Assembly (NCBI GenBank): GCA_034435295.1
Contig: DAOTYD010000239.1
Span: forward strand, 1 to 56,303
DNA: 56,303 nt
Direction of reading: 5' to 3'
Origin: Anaerolineae bacterium
Lineage (GTDB): Bacteria; Chloroflexota; Anaerolineae; B4-G1; DUEL01
Position numbers and translations under genes: made by a program. Below the pieces are notes generated by a model. That model made no database searches and had not been told where the DNA came from. It saw nothing but the letters and a program-made list of their open reading frames with translations. Shown piece by piece: positions 28,202 to 37,245 of the stretch (positions are counted from its first letter, which is position 1; each line of letters begins with the position of its first letter).

Positions 28202-29530
28202 CTACACCTGGTCGGCTTCAGCGTCTGCGTCGCCTTCGTCTTCCATGCCGACCGGGGAGATGTCCTCCTCTTCCGGCAGCAGGTCGATGTCCTCCGCCAC
28301 CTCGACGGTCAGCTCCGTCTCTTCGACTGGGGGGGCGGCAGCTTCCGCTTCGGAAGCCGGGGGCTGCTCGGGGTGCCGGGCGGCCCAATCTTCCCACTCC
28401 TCGCGACGCACACGCCTGGCGCTCAGGCCGATGCGGCGGCGCGAACGGTCGACGCGCAGGACTTTGAGCAGCGGCCTCTCGCCTGGTTTGAGCACATCTT
28501 TGGGCGCCACGTTGGGCGCGCCGATCAGTTCGCTGACGTGCAGCAACCCTTCGACCCCCGGCTCCAACTCGACAAAAGCACCGATCTCGGTCACACGGGT
28601 AACCGTGCCCTGGACCAGGCTATTTAGCGGATAGCGGGCCTCGACGTGCTCCCACGGGTCTTCGAGCGTCTGCTTGATGCTCAGGCCGACCCGCTCGCGG
28701 GCGCGGTCGACTTCCAGCACCACCACATCGACCGGGTCGCCCACCTTGAACGCCTCGCGGGGATTCTCGATGTGGTGCCAGGCCAGTTCGGAGACGTGGA
28801 CGAGCCCGTCCACCCCACCCAGGTCGACAAAGACGCCAAAGTCGGTGATGCTGGAGACGACGCCAGAGCGACGCTGTCCGACCTCGAGTTCTTCCAGCAG
28901 GCGGCGCCGGCGGCGGCGCTGCCAGGCGCGATAGGCCTGGCGCTGGGAAAAGATCAGGCGACGGCGCTGGCGGTCGACCTCCAGCACGCGCAGGCCGATG
29001 GGCTTGCCCACCATATCGAGCAGCCGCTCGCGCCGTTCCGTCTCTTTCAAACCACGACGAACGCCGACGATGTGGGAAAGAGGGACAAAGCCACGGATGC
29101 GCCCAAACTGGATGGTCAGACCACCGCGGTTATAGCCGCTGACCTCGGTCTCGTAAATCTCGCCGCTCTTGAGCATCTCCTCGGCCTTCAGCCAGTCCTC
29201 TTCCAGGCGAGCGCGGAAGATCGAGGCTTCGACATAGCCCTCCTCGGGCATGCCGAGGATGACAACAGGCACTCTGTCGCCGGCCTTGACCTCGCCCATG
29301 CCGGCCCGTTCGAGCTGGCGCAGGTCCTCTGCCGGCACGAAACCCTCCCGCTTGAGCCCAATGTCCACCAGCGCGCCGTCAGTGGAAACTTCGATCACTT
29401 CGCCTATACGGACGTCGCCGCGCTTGCCGAGATAGGCCTCTTGCTGGTCCAGGTGTTCTTCCAGGAGGGCTTCCATATCGATTTCCCCCTCCTCCTGGGA
29501 TTCGGGTTGGGGTTCGGGTTCCAACTGCAT
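28202..29530 (-). CDS. rpsA: 30S ribosomal protein S1 (four S1 domains, acidic termini)
   Basis: Four S1/OB repeats (e.g. GQRRSGVVSSITDFGVFVDLG, LVQGTVTRVTEIGAFVELEPG). Start trimmed to MQLEPEP, with GAGGAGA upstream. Confidence 0.85.
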   Translation of the reverse strand: MQLEPEPQPESQEEGEIDMEALLEEHLDQQEAYLGKRGDVRIGEVIEVSTDGALVDIGLKREGFVPAEDLRQLERAGMGEVKAGDRVPVVILGMPEEGYVEASIFRARLEEDWLKAEEMLKSGEIYETEVSGYNRGGLTIQFGRIRGFVPLSHIVGVRRGLKETERRERLLDMVGKPIGLRVLEVDRQRRRLIFSQRQAYRAWQRRRRRRLLEELEVGQRRSGVVSSITDFGVFVDLGGVDGLVHVSELAWHHIENPREAFKVGDPVDVVVLEVDRARERVGLSIKQTLEDPWEHVEARYPLNSLVQGTVTRVTEIGAFVELEPGVEGLLHVSELIGAPNVAPKDVLKPGERPLLKVLRVDRSRRRIGLSARRVRREEWEDWAARHPEQPPASEAEAAAPPVEETELTVEVAEDIDLLPEEEDISPVGMEDEGDADAEADQV

Positions 29531-29845
29531 ACGTATCTCCTCGACTCGGCTGCCGCGCCGCAACAAAAACCGGCCTCGTTGACGCTGCGAGTCGCCGCGC
29601 ACCAGACGCCGGGTTCAGGTTGTTTTCTTGCTGGTACGAACCTGCCTGGCCAGACCTCCTCCAACAGGTCGGCGCCCACAACAAGCACCTTCCGACACAA
29701 CCCTGGTCACGCGGTGCGGCATTGCCAGATTTCGCACTATTTTATCACGTCGTGGAGGAAAGTCAAATACAAAACTGTGCCCTCTCCCAAGCGGAACCAT
29801 TTACCCTGCCCGAACGTCTTAAACCATGAGTGGAGGAAAACGGAT

Positions 29846-32374
29846 ATGGCACGAATGGCAAAAGGCACGCCGGGTTCTGCCTCGAGCGGACTCTTGTTCC
29901 TTATCGTGTTCCTCGTCGTTGTCGGCTTTGGGACGCTGGCCTTGCTGGCCGCGTTTGCCCTGTTGGGATGGTTGCCCTTTCCCATCCCGGCGCCGACCCC
30001 CACCCTGCCAGCCGCGCCGACCGCCTGGCTCATCCCCAGCCAGGGCGCACCGGGCACGACGGTCACCGCCGCTGGCAGCCAGTGGCCAGCCAACCAGGTC
30101 GTCCTGATCGCCATGTCCAACGGCGGGCCGGGAGGACAAGGCGAAACGATCCTGGCAACCGCCGTCACGGACGCAGACGGGAGCTGGCAAACCACGTTCA
30201 TCATCCCATCGGCCGAGCAGTGGGCCAGCCTGCCGAGCGATGTGCCGCTGCAAATCTGGGCGCCTGCCGCAGACAGCGAGGTCTCGGTGCTGTTGCGGGT
30301 CAGCGCGGCCGCCGAAACGCCAGCGCCGGGCGCCACGCCGACCAGCACGACGGCTCCACCCTCGCCCACCCCCTCAGCCGAGCCGCCCTGCAGCGACCGC
30401 GCGGCGTTCGTGGCCGACGTGACAATCCCCGACAACAGCCGCCTCTCGCCAGGGCAGGCGTTCGTCAAAACGTGGCGGCTGCGTAACGCCGGCACCTGCA
30501 TCTGGACGACGGCCTATGCGCTCGTCTTTGTCGGCGACGACCAGATGGGTGGCCCTGCCTCCATAGCCCTGGCGTCGGAGGTGGCTCCCGGCGCGACTGT
30601 CGACCTGTCGGTCAACCTGATCGCGCCAACTGCACCTGGCACATACCGCGGCCGCTGGCAACTGCGCAACGCCAACGGCGCCCTCTTTGGCATCGGCGAC
30701 GCTGGCGACAGCCCCTTCTGGGTGCGCATCGTCGTCGGCCCGACGCCAACGCCAACGTCGACGCCAACGCGAACGCCGACGCCCGCCGCTGGCTGGCGCG
30801 GCGATTATTTCGCCAACATCAACCTGAGCGGCAATCCTGCCCTCACCCGCACCGACGCAGCGATCGATTTCGACTGGGGCACGCGCTCTCCCGCCGCCAA
30901 CCTGCCCGTCGACGGCTTTTCGGTGCGCTGGAATGGCACCTTCCCCTTCCAGCAGGCCGTCTACCGCTTCTACGCCCGCAGCGATGACGGCGTGCGCCTT
31001 TGGCTCGACGATGTGCTGATCATCGACCAGTGGCACGAAGCTGCCACGATCACCTACGCCGTCGAGCGAACGATGAGCGCCGGCAACCATCGCCTGCGCG
31101 TCGAATACTATGAGAACCTGGGCAACGCGCGCATCCGCGTCTGGTGGGAGCGGACGACCGATTTCCCCCAGTGGCGCGCCGAGTACTTTGCGCGCGTCGA
31201 CCTGAGCGGCACGCCAGCCCTGGTGCGCAACGATGCTGCCATCGACTTTGATTGGAAGCGCAACGCCCCTGCCAGCGGCCTGCCAGCCGATGCCTTTTCC
31301 GTGCGCTGGACGCGCGCCCTGCTGATGGAGGCCGGCACCTATCGCTTCTCTGCGACGATGGACGACGGCATGCGCGTCTATGTGGACGACATCCTATTGA
31401 TCGACCAGTGGCGCGATGGAGCGCAGCGCACGGCGACCGCCGATCGCAACCTGGCCGCTGGCTATCACCTGCTGCGGGTCGAGTATTACGAGCGCACCGG
31501 CGAAGCAGTGGCTCGCTTCAGATGGGAGCGGATCACGGGCTACCCCGAGTGGAAAGGCGAGTACTGGTCGAACCAGACGCTGCAGGGGGCGCCCGTGCTG
31601 GTGCGCAACGACCCGGCGGTCGATTTCAACTGGGGCGCTGGCGCGCCCGCCGCCGAGCTGCCCACCGATGGCTTCTCGGTCCGCTGGACGCGCGAGCTGA
31701 CTTTTACCCCCGGCGTCTACCGCCTGCACGCCACCGCCGACGACGGCATCCGCGTCTATGTGGACGGCACCCGCGTGATCAACGAGTGGCACGACAGCAG
31801 CGGCACCCAGGTCTATACAGTCGATGTGCCGCTCAACGGCCGGCACCAGATCAAGATCGAATACTATGAGCACGGCGGGCAGGCGTCGGTCAAGTTCTGG
31901 TGGCAGCGGCAGGGCGATCTGCCGACGGTGACGCCCACGCCCACACGAACGCCCACACCCACATCGACTCCCACTCGAACGCCCACGCCCACATCGACTC
32001 CCACGCACACGCCGACGCCCACGGCAACGCCAACCAACACCCCCATCCCCAACAACCCGCCGGTGGCAATAGACGACACGGCGGTGACGACGGCGAGCGT
32101 GGCTGTGGACATCAACGTGCTGGCAAACGACAGCGATCCCGACGGCGATCCGTTGACCGTGAGCGCCTTCGACGCGACAGGCGCGCAGGGCGGCACGGTC
32201 TCCTGCACCAGCGCGGGCATCTGCACCTACACACCCCCGCCCGGCTTTACCGGCATAGACACGTTCGGCTACACGGTCAGCGACGGGCGGGGCGGCACAG
32301 ACACAGCGACGGTCACGGTCACGGTGAATCCGCTGCTGAAGCTGCAACGTGTCCCGCTCCGGCGGCGTCCGTGA
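29846..32374 (+). CDS. Membrane-anchored surface protein: NBR1-like Ig domain, 4 PA14 domains, Thr/Pro linker, cadherin-like Ig domain
   Basis: GGAGG SD. N-terminal TM helix. KTWRLRNAGTCIW. Four repeats of W(R/K)(G/A)(D/E)YF/W...DFxWG...FSVRW...DDG(V/M/I)R(L/V)... Linker TPTPTRTPTPTSTP. NVLANDSDPDGDPLTV. Confidence 0.8.
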   Translation: MARMAKGTPGSASSGLLFLIVFLVVVGFGTLALLAAFALLGWLPFPIPAPTPTLPAAPTAWLIPSQGAPGTTVTAAGSQWPANQVVLIAMSNGGPGGQGETILATAVTDADGSWQTTFIIPSAEQWASLPSDVPLQIWAPAADSEVSVLLRVSAAAETPAPGATPTSTTAPPSPTPSAEPPCSDRAAFVADVTIPDNSRLSPGQAFVKTWRLRNAGTCIWTTAYALVFVGDDQMGGPASIALASEVAPGATVDLSVNLIAPTAPGTYRGRWQLRNANGALFGIGDAGDSPFWVRIVVGPTPTPTSTPTRTPTPAAGWRGDYFANINLSGNPALTRTDAAIDFDWGTRSPAANLPVDGFSVRWNGTFPFQQAVYRFYARSDDGVRLWLDDVLIIDQWHEAATITYAVERTMSAGNHRLRVEYYENLGNARIRVWWERTTDFPQWRAEYFARVDLSGTPALVRNDAAIDFDWKRNAPASGLPADAFSVRWTRALLMEAGTYRFSATMDDGMRVYVDDILLIDQWRDGAQRTATADRNLAAGYHLLRVEYYERTGEAVARFRWERITGYPEWKGEYWSNQTLQGAPVLVRNDPAVDFNWGAGAPAAELPTDGFSVRWTRELTFTPGVYRLHATADDGIRVYVDGTRVINEWHDSSGTQVYTVDVPLNGRHQIKIEYYEHGGQASVKFWWQRQGDLPTVTPTPTRTPTPTSTPTRTPTPTSTPTHTPTPTATPTNTPIPNNPPVAIDDTAVTTASVAVDINVLANDSDPDGDPLTVSAFDATGAQGGTVSCTSAGICTYTPPPGFTGIDTFGYTVSDGRGGTDTATVTVTVNPLLKLQRVPLRRRP

Positions 32375-32446
32375 CCCCGCCGCTATGCCCGCAACCTCCC
32401 CCGCTCCGGCGGGGTCTGTGACTCCGCCGCTTTGCCAGCAACCTCA
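32353..32446. repeat. Tandem 47-nt duplication, each copy holding a GGCGGnGTCnGTGACnCCGCC hairpin
   Basis: Unit 1 is 32353-32399 and unit 2 is 32400-32446. Unit 1 contains the stop codon (32372-32374) of the PA14 gene. Confidence 0.75.
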
Positions 32447-32452
32447 CCGCTC

Positions 32453-33439
32453 CTACGGCTGCGGGCGCGGCCACCGGGCAGTGTAAAAGGCCAGATAGGC
32501 AGGCAGCATCTGCGACCAGTAGCCGTCGCTATGGCTGCCCTCGCCGGTGACGTATTCATAGGCCAGGCCCTGCGCGCTGAGCGCCTGGGCCAGTTGCTCC
32601 GTGCCGCCGCGCGCCCAATCGGCGTCGCCAGCATCCAGCCAGATGCGCAAAAAGCCCACCATCGGCTCTCTCAGCAAATTGAACGGGTCATACATGGGGT
32701 GAGGATAGTTGACCGCCAGCGCCGGGCTGTGCGCGCCCACGGCGGCGAAGAGGTCGGGATGGCGGAAGCCGATCTCGAGCGACCAGACGCCGCCGCGCGA
32801 AATGCCACCGATGGCCCGCCCCTCCCGCGCGGCCCACGTCGTATAGGTCGCATCGATGTGGGGAATCAGCTCGTTGACGATCAGCCCCTCCACCGAGTTA
32901 TCGCCCCCGCTGCTGTTGACATAGAGACCCTCCGGCGCGGGGTCGCCGTTGGGCAGCACGATGATCAGCGGCGGATAGGCGCCGGAACGGATGCCGGCGT
33001 CAGCGACGCCGGCGATGCCCAGCCGCTCCCAATGATATTCGTCGTAGGGATGGCCGTGGAGCAGATAGAGCACCGGGTAGGTGCGCTCCAGAATGCCGTA
33101 GCAGGGCGGCAGGTAGATGCGATAGGGCATTTCGCGGTTCAGCACCTGGCTGTAATACGTCCCGCTCTCCATCCGCCCGCTGGTCTCGCTACAAAGGGGC
33201 GTCGGCGTGGCCGTGGGAGTGGCGGTAGCGGTCGGCGTCGGCGTGGCCGTTGCGGTGGGGGTCGCCGTAGCGGTCGGCGTGGCTGATTGGAGCGGCACCA
33301 GGACGGGCGAGGCGTAGAGAACGGGCGCCGTCGCCGTGGGGGCCAGCGAAGCCGTTACGGAGGGCGTGCAGGCAACAGCCAGTGACAACAAAAGCGGCAG
33401 CCATACCAGGCGCCGCAAAAGGCGTCGGGTTGTCCTCAA
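32453..33439 (-). CDS. Secreted esterase-family alpha/beta hydrolase (putative esterase, PF00756-like)
   Basis: Signal peptide. Linker TPTATATPTATATPTP. YPVLYLLHG. Serine-motif region GGISRGG. Confidence 0.75.
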   Translation of the reverse strand: MRTTRRLLRRLVWLPLLLSLAVACTPSVTASLAPTATAPVLYASPVLVPLQSATPTATATPTATATPTPTATATPTATPTPLCSETSGRMESGTYYSQVLNREMPYRIYLPPCYGILERTYPVLYLLHGHPYDEYHWERLGIAGVADAGIRSGAYPPLIIVLPNGDPAPEGLYVNSSGGDNSVEGLIVNELIPHIDATYTTWAAREGRAIGGISRGGVWSLEIGFRHPDLFAAVGAHSPALAVNYPHPMYDPFNLLREPMVGFLRIWLDAGDADWARGGTEQLAQALSAQGLAYEYVTGEGSHSDGYWSQMLPAYLAFYTARWPRPQP

Positions 33440-33449
33440 GGCGCGCTCC

Positions 33450-33866
33450 CTACTCTTCGTCTTCCATCAAAGCGACTTCGACCGCCTGAGGTCCCTTTGG
33501 CGAGTCCTCGATCAGGTAGGTCACCCGCGCCCCCTCTTTGAACTGATCCGGTCCGCCCGGCACAATGCCGCTGCGGTGGAAAAAGATCTCTTTGCCGTTC
33601 TCCTGAATGATAAAGCCATAGGCGCGAGCAGGGTCATACCATTTGACCGTGCCCTCGAACGGTCCTTCATCCAGCAAGCCGCTCTCCCGTAGCGGCGGAG
33701 GCGGCACAGGAGGCCGACTCCGCTCCGTTTTACGGCGGCAGTCGGGGCACAGGCTGGGAGGCTCGACCGCTTTCCCCTCCCGCGCCAGCCGCCGCTGTTC
33801 TTCGACAGGAAAAACGAAATTCTTGCCGCATTCTGTGCATAGAATCCAACGATCTCGATAGGGCAT
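33450..33866 (-). CDS. Zinc-ribbon / cold-shock-domain fusion protein
   Basis: N-terminal CTECG...CPDC. C-terminal CSD GTVKWYDPARAYGFIIQENGKEIFFH. Start trimmed to MPYRDRW. Confidence 0.8.
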   Translation of the reverse strand: MPYRDRWILCTECGKNFVFPVEEQRRLAREGKAVEPPSLCPDCRRKTERSRPPVPPPPLRESGLLDEGPFEGTVKWYDPARAYGFIIQENGKEIFFHRSGIVPGGPDQFKEGARVTYLIEDSPKGPQAVEVALMEDEE

Positions 33867-33907
33867 CGAAAGCCTCCACAGTGCTTGTTTACCGTTTCTT
33901 TTTGGGG

Positions 33908-36340
33908 TCATGCCGACAGGCGCGGCAGCGGGCAGACAGCGTCGACAACCCCATCGCCTTTGCGCAAGGTGATGATGGTTTTGCCCTGCGCCGGGCGGCC
34001 CATCTGCGGGATGCTGTCCGCGTCGACAGCCTTGATGCCCCCCCTGGCCGTGATCAGCACGGGCGTATCGCCGGCCCGCACCAGGGCCGCTGCCGCCAGG
34101 CCGACGCCCGTCCCGCTGAAGCGGGCGGCGATCACCCCCTTGCCGGAGCGCGACTGGGTAGGATATTCGTCCAGCGGCATGCGCTTGCCCTTCCCGTCCT
34201 CGGCGACCACGAACAGCTCGCAGTCGGGGCGCACGACAAGCAGCGCCACGGCGCGGTCGTCCTTTTCGGCCAGCCTGACCCCCTTGACGGGGCCGGCGGG
34301 AAGGCCCATGGGCCGCACTTCTTCCTCGGCAAAGCGGATAGCCTGCCCGGCGCGGGTGACCAGCAGCACCTCATCCTTGCCGCCGGTCAGCGCGACGCGG
34401 CAGAGTTCATCTCCTGCGCCCAGGCCGATCACGGAAAAGGCCTGCGCACTGACGCCGGGCAGGTCGTCCAGCGCGATGCGCTTCACGTCGCCCTGGCGGG
34501 TCATCAGGAAGAGATAGCCGCCTGCCGCCGTAGGGACAGTCAGCGCGGCGACGACCTTGTGCCGGCGGGTCAGCGGCGTCAGGTCGGCCAGGTGAGTTCC
34601 CTGCCCCTCCCAGGCTATGCCCTCCGGCAACTGATGGACGGGGTAAGCGGCGGCCTGGCCGTCGGCGGTGAAGAGGTAGAGCGCGTCCTGCGTCGAGGCG
34701 CCCAGGATGGCCAGCGGCGCGGCCTGCGCCCGCGCCGAAACACGGGGCGCCTTGCCGCTGTCGGCGGCGCGGGCCACCAGCCCCTCGCGGCTGACGGTCA
34801 CCCACACCGGCAGGTCGGGCACCAGGTCGCTGCGGGTCACCGGCGCGGCTTTGGCGTCGACCATCTCGCTGCGGCGAGCGCTGGCATAGGTCTTTTTGAT
34901 CTCCATCAGCTCCTGGCGGATGACCTGGCGGATCCTGGCCGGGCTCTTGAGCAGGGCGGTCAGGTCGCGGATCAACTGCAACTTTTCCTTGTACTCGTCC
35001 TGAATCTTGCGCTGCTCCAGCGCCGCCAGCCGCTTGAGCGGCATGTCGAGGATGGCGTTGGCCTGGATCTCGGTCAGCTTGAAGCGGCGGCGCAGGTTGT
35101 CGCGGGCCGTCTCGGTGGTGCGCGAGCGGCGGATGGTGTCGATCACCTCGTCCAGGTTGTCCAGCGCGATCAGCAGCCCTTCCAGGACGTGGGCGCGCTC
35201 TTTCGCCCGCGCCAGGTCATACTGGCTGCGGCGGGTGACGATCTCGTAGCGATGATCCACATAGACCTGGAGGGCCTTTTTCAGCGTCAACAGGCGCGGC
35301 TCGCCGTCGACCAGGGCCAGCAGGATGATGCTGACGGTCGATTCGAGCGGCGTCAGGCGGAAGAGGCTCTCCAGCACCGCCTGCGGCTCAGCCGTCCGGC
35401 TCAGCTCGATCACCAGGCGCATCCCCCGCCGGTCCGACTCGTCACGCAGGTCGGTGATCCCCTCCAGGCGCCCCTCGCGCACCAGGCTGGCGATGCGCTC
35501 GACCAGGTTGCTCTTGTTGACCTGATAGGGCAGTTCGCTGACGACCAGGCGGTGGCGAGAACGGCTCATCTCCTCGATGTGGACGCGGGCGCGCACGGTG
35601 ACACGGCCCCGCCCAGAACCATAGGCTGCCGCCAGGGCGCTCTCCTCCCCCTCGCGGGCCTTGAAGACCAGCCCGCCGGTGGGAAAGTCCGGCCCCTGGA
35701 TGAACTGCATCAGCTCCTCGACGCCGATGTCATCCAACCGCTTCCAGTTGTCCAGAATGTAGGCCAGCGCGTCGCACACTTCGCCCAGGTTGTGGGGCGG
35801 GATGGAGGTGGCCATGCCCACGGCGATGCCATAGGCGCCGTTGACCAGCAGGTTGGGAATCGCCGCCGGAAGGACGGACGGCTCGAGCAGCGTGTCGTCA
35901 AAGTTGGGGACGAAATCGACCGTCTCTTTCTGGATGTCCTTGAGCATCTCGAGGGCGATAGGGGCCAGGCGAGCTTCGGTGTAGCGCATGGCAGCCGGGC
36001 TATCGCCGTCGACGGAGCCAAAGTTGCCCTGCCCGTCGATCAGCGGATGGCGCAGGCTGAAATCCTGAGCCATGCGCGCCATGGCCTCGTAGACGGCCAT
36101 GTCACCGTGGGGATGATACTTGCCCAGCGTTTCGCCGACGATACGCGCCGACTTCTTGTACGGCGCGTCGGGCCGCAGGCCCAGCTCGTGCATGGCGTAG
36201 AGGATGCGTCGCTGCACCGGCTTGAGGCCGTCGCGGGCATCGGGCAGCGCCCGCGCCACAATGACGCTCATCGCATAGCTCAGATAAGCGTCCTGCATCT
36301 CGGTTTCGATGTTGACCTGTCGGACGGTGCCGATTTCCAT
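33908..36340 (-). CDS. gyrA: DNA gyrase subunit A
   Basis: [28 protein letters not shown]. Catalytic-Tyr region AAMRYTE. C-terminal beta-pinwheel repeats. Confidence 0.95.
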   Translation of the reverse strand: MEIGTVRQVNIETEMQDAYLSYAMSVIVARALPDARDGLKPVQRRILYAMHELGLRPDAPYKKSARIVGETLGKYHPHGDMAVYEAMARMAQDFSLRHPLIDGQGNFGSVDGDSPAAMRYTEARLAPIALEMLKDIQKETVDFVPNFDDTLLEPSVLPAAIPNLLVNGAYGIAVGMATSIPPHNLGEVCDALAYILDNWKRLDDIGVEELMQFIQGPDFPTGGLVFKAREGEESALAAAYGSGRGRVTVRARVHIEEMSRSRHRLVVSELPYQVNKSNLVERIASLVREGRLEGITDLRDESDRRGMRLVIELSRTAEPQAVLESLFRLTPLESTVSIILLALVDGEPRLLTLKKALQVYVDHRYEIVTRRSQYDLARAKERAHVLEGLLIALDNLDEVIDTIRRSRTTETARDNLRRRFKLTEIQANAILDMPLKRLAALEQRKIQDEYKEKLQLIRDLTALLKSPARIRQVIRQELMEIKKTYASARRSEMVDAKAAPVTRSDLVPDLPVWVTVSREGLVARAADSGKAPRVSARAQAAPLAILGASTQDALYLFTADGQAAAYPVHQLPEGIAWEGQGTHLADLTPLTRRHKVVAALTVPTAAGGYLFLMTRQGDVKRIALDDLPGVSAQAFSVIGLGAGDELCRVALTGGKDEVLLVTRAGQAIRFAEEEVRPMGLPAGPVKGVRLAEKDDRAVALLVVRPDCELFVVAEDGKGKRMPLDEYPTQSRSGKGVIAARFSGTGVGLAAAALVRAGDTPVLITARGGIKAVDADSIPQMGRPAQGKTIITLRKGDGVVDAVCPLPRLSA

Positions 36341-36721
36341 CTACGACTCCTGCTGTCCCTTGCCGCGCCCAAAGATGAGCGCCAGCGTGCCGGCAATCCA
36401 GGCGACGATCCAGGCGGTGAGCAACACGGCGGCCATGGTGATCTTTTGCTCGTCGACCACGGGCTGGACGCGCACGCCGTCGGCGGTGATTTCGACCATG
36501 CCCAACGGCCGCGCGCGTATCCCGCCGCCACTGCCGCCCCCGCTGGGGGCTCCTTCCTCGCCGGCCACGCCCAGGCCGGCCCCCAGGCCATAGGCAACCT
36601 CGGCAACAGGGATAACCGTGCGTCCCTCGGCGGTGACAGGCTCGCCGAAAACCGCGTCGACGCTGGCCTTTTGCTGCACGCCGTCGAGCAGATCGAGCAA
36701 TCGTTGGATACTGTCTGTCAT
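36341..36721 (-). CDS. GerW/YtfJ-family protein
   Basis: VFGEPVTAEGRTVIPVAEVAYGLGAGLG...GGGSGGG...PLGMVEITADGVRV, plus a C-terminal TM helix. Confidence 0.7.
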   Translation of the reverse strand: MTDSIQRLLDLLDGVQQKASVDAVFGEPVTAEGRTVIPVAEVAYGLGAGLGVAGEEGAPSGGGSGGGIRARPLGMVEITADGVRVQPVVDEQKITMAAVLLTAWIVAWIAGTLALIFGRGKGQQES

Positions 36722-36765
36722 CGAATTCCCTCCTCTTTTTTACACGAATCGTAACTGCTCAGCCT

Positions 36766-36888
36766 GTCATTCTGAACGCCCAAAGGGCGCGAAGCCTGCC
36801 CTGAGCGAAGTCGAAGGGAATCTCGTTCTCGGAGCACAATGCCCCATCCAATAACGAGATTCTTCGGCGCTTCGCGCCTCAGAATGAC
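36766..36888. repeat. About 120-nt nested inverted-repeat element (long imperfect hairpin)
   Basis: Outer arms gtcattctga (36766-75) / tcagaatgac (36879-88). Middle arms gcgcgaagc / gcttcgcgc. Inner arms gaatctcgtt (36818-27) / aacgagattc (36853-62). Confidence 0.7.
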
Positions 36889-36933
36889 ATTCGCAGAAGC
36901 CACGTAACAGCCTACATCCTCCCGCAGGCACCA

Positions 36934-37245
36934 TCAACTGCTCATCCGCCGCGAGAGCCACGCGCCCAGCACGAGCAGGATCGGCACGACCAGGGCAACC
37001 ACCAACAAGCCCAGCAACGTCTCGCGGGTCTGGTCGTGGATGGCGACAAAGCGCTCTGCGCCGTCGCGCTGCTCGAGCAGGCCCAGCGGGCGCAGGCGGG
37101 CGAACGCCATGCCGCGCGCCGCCTGACTGTGCGCGCCGACGAACAGCTTTTGCTGCCCGCCTGCCGTCCGCTGCACCAGCGGCACCCAGGCACGCCCTCC
37201 CGCCTCGATGGGCTTTCCCCTGACCACTTCAGTCCGAACGTGCAC
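36934..37245 (-). CDS. Hypothetical protein with a C-terminal TM anchor
   Basis: 103-aa ORF overlapping the upstream stop by 17 nt. C-terminal helix LLGLLVVALVVPILLVLGAWL. No recognisable family. Confidence 0.35.
   Translation of the reverse strand: MHVRTEVVRGKPIEAGGRAWVPLVQRTAGGQQKLFVGAHSQAARGMAFARLRPLGLLEQRDGAERFVAIHDQTRETLLGLLVVALVVPILLVLGAWLSRRMSS

Noticed and set aside
28646-29845. N-terminal 400 aa of the 1242-aa ORF 28646-32374
   Set aside because: This part is antisense to rpsA and has no protein-like features. The real gene starts at the ATG at 29846, which has a GGAGG SD and a TM helix.
33881-36754. 957-aa plus-strand ORF, and similar giants at 37208-39892, 5665-7407, 8618-10213, 10567-12231, 21302-22993, 22990-24555, 50910-52403 and 52796-53995
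   Set aside because: All are antisense to strongly supported genes (gyrA, the CCA enzyme, uppP/hypE and others). Their translations are low-complexity and Arg/Ala/Gly/Pro/Gln-rich with no motifs. They are typical stop-poor shadow frames of a high-GC genome.
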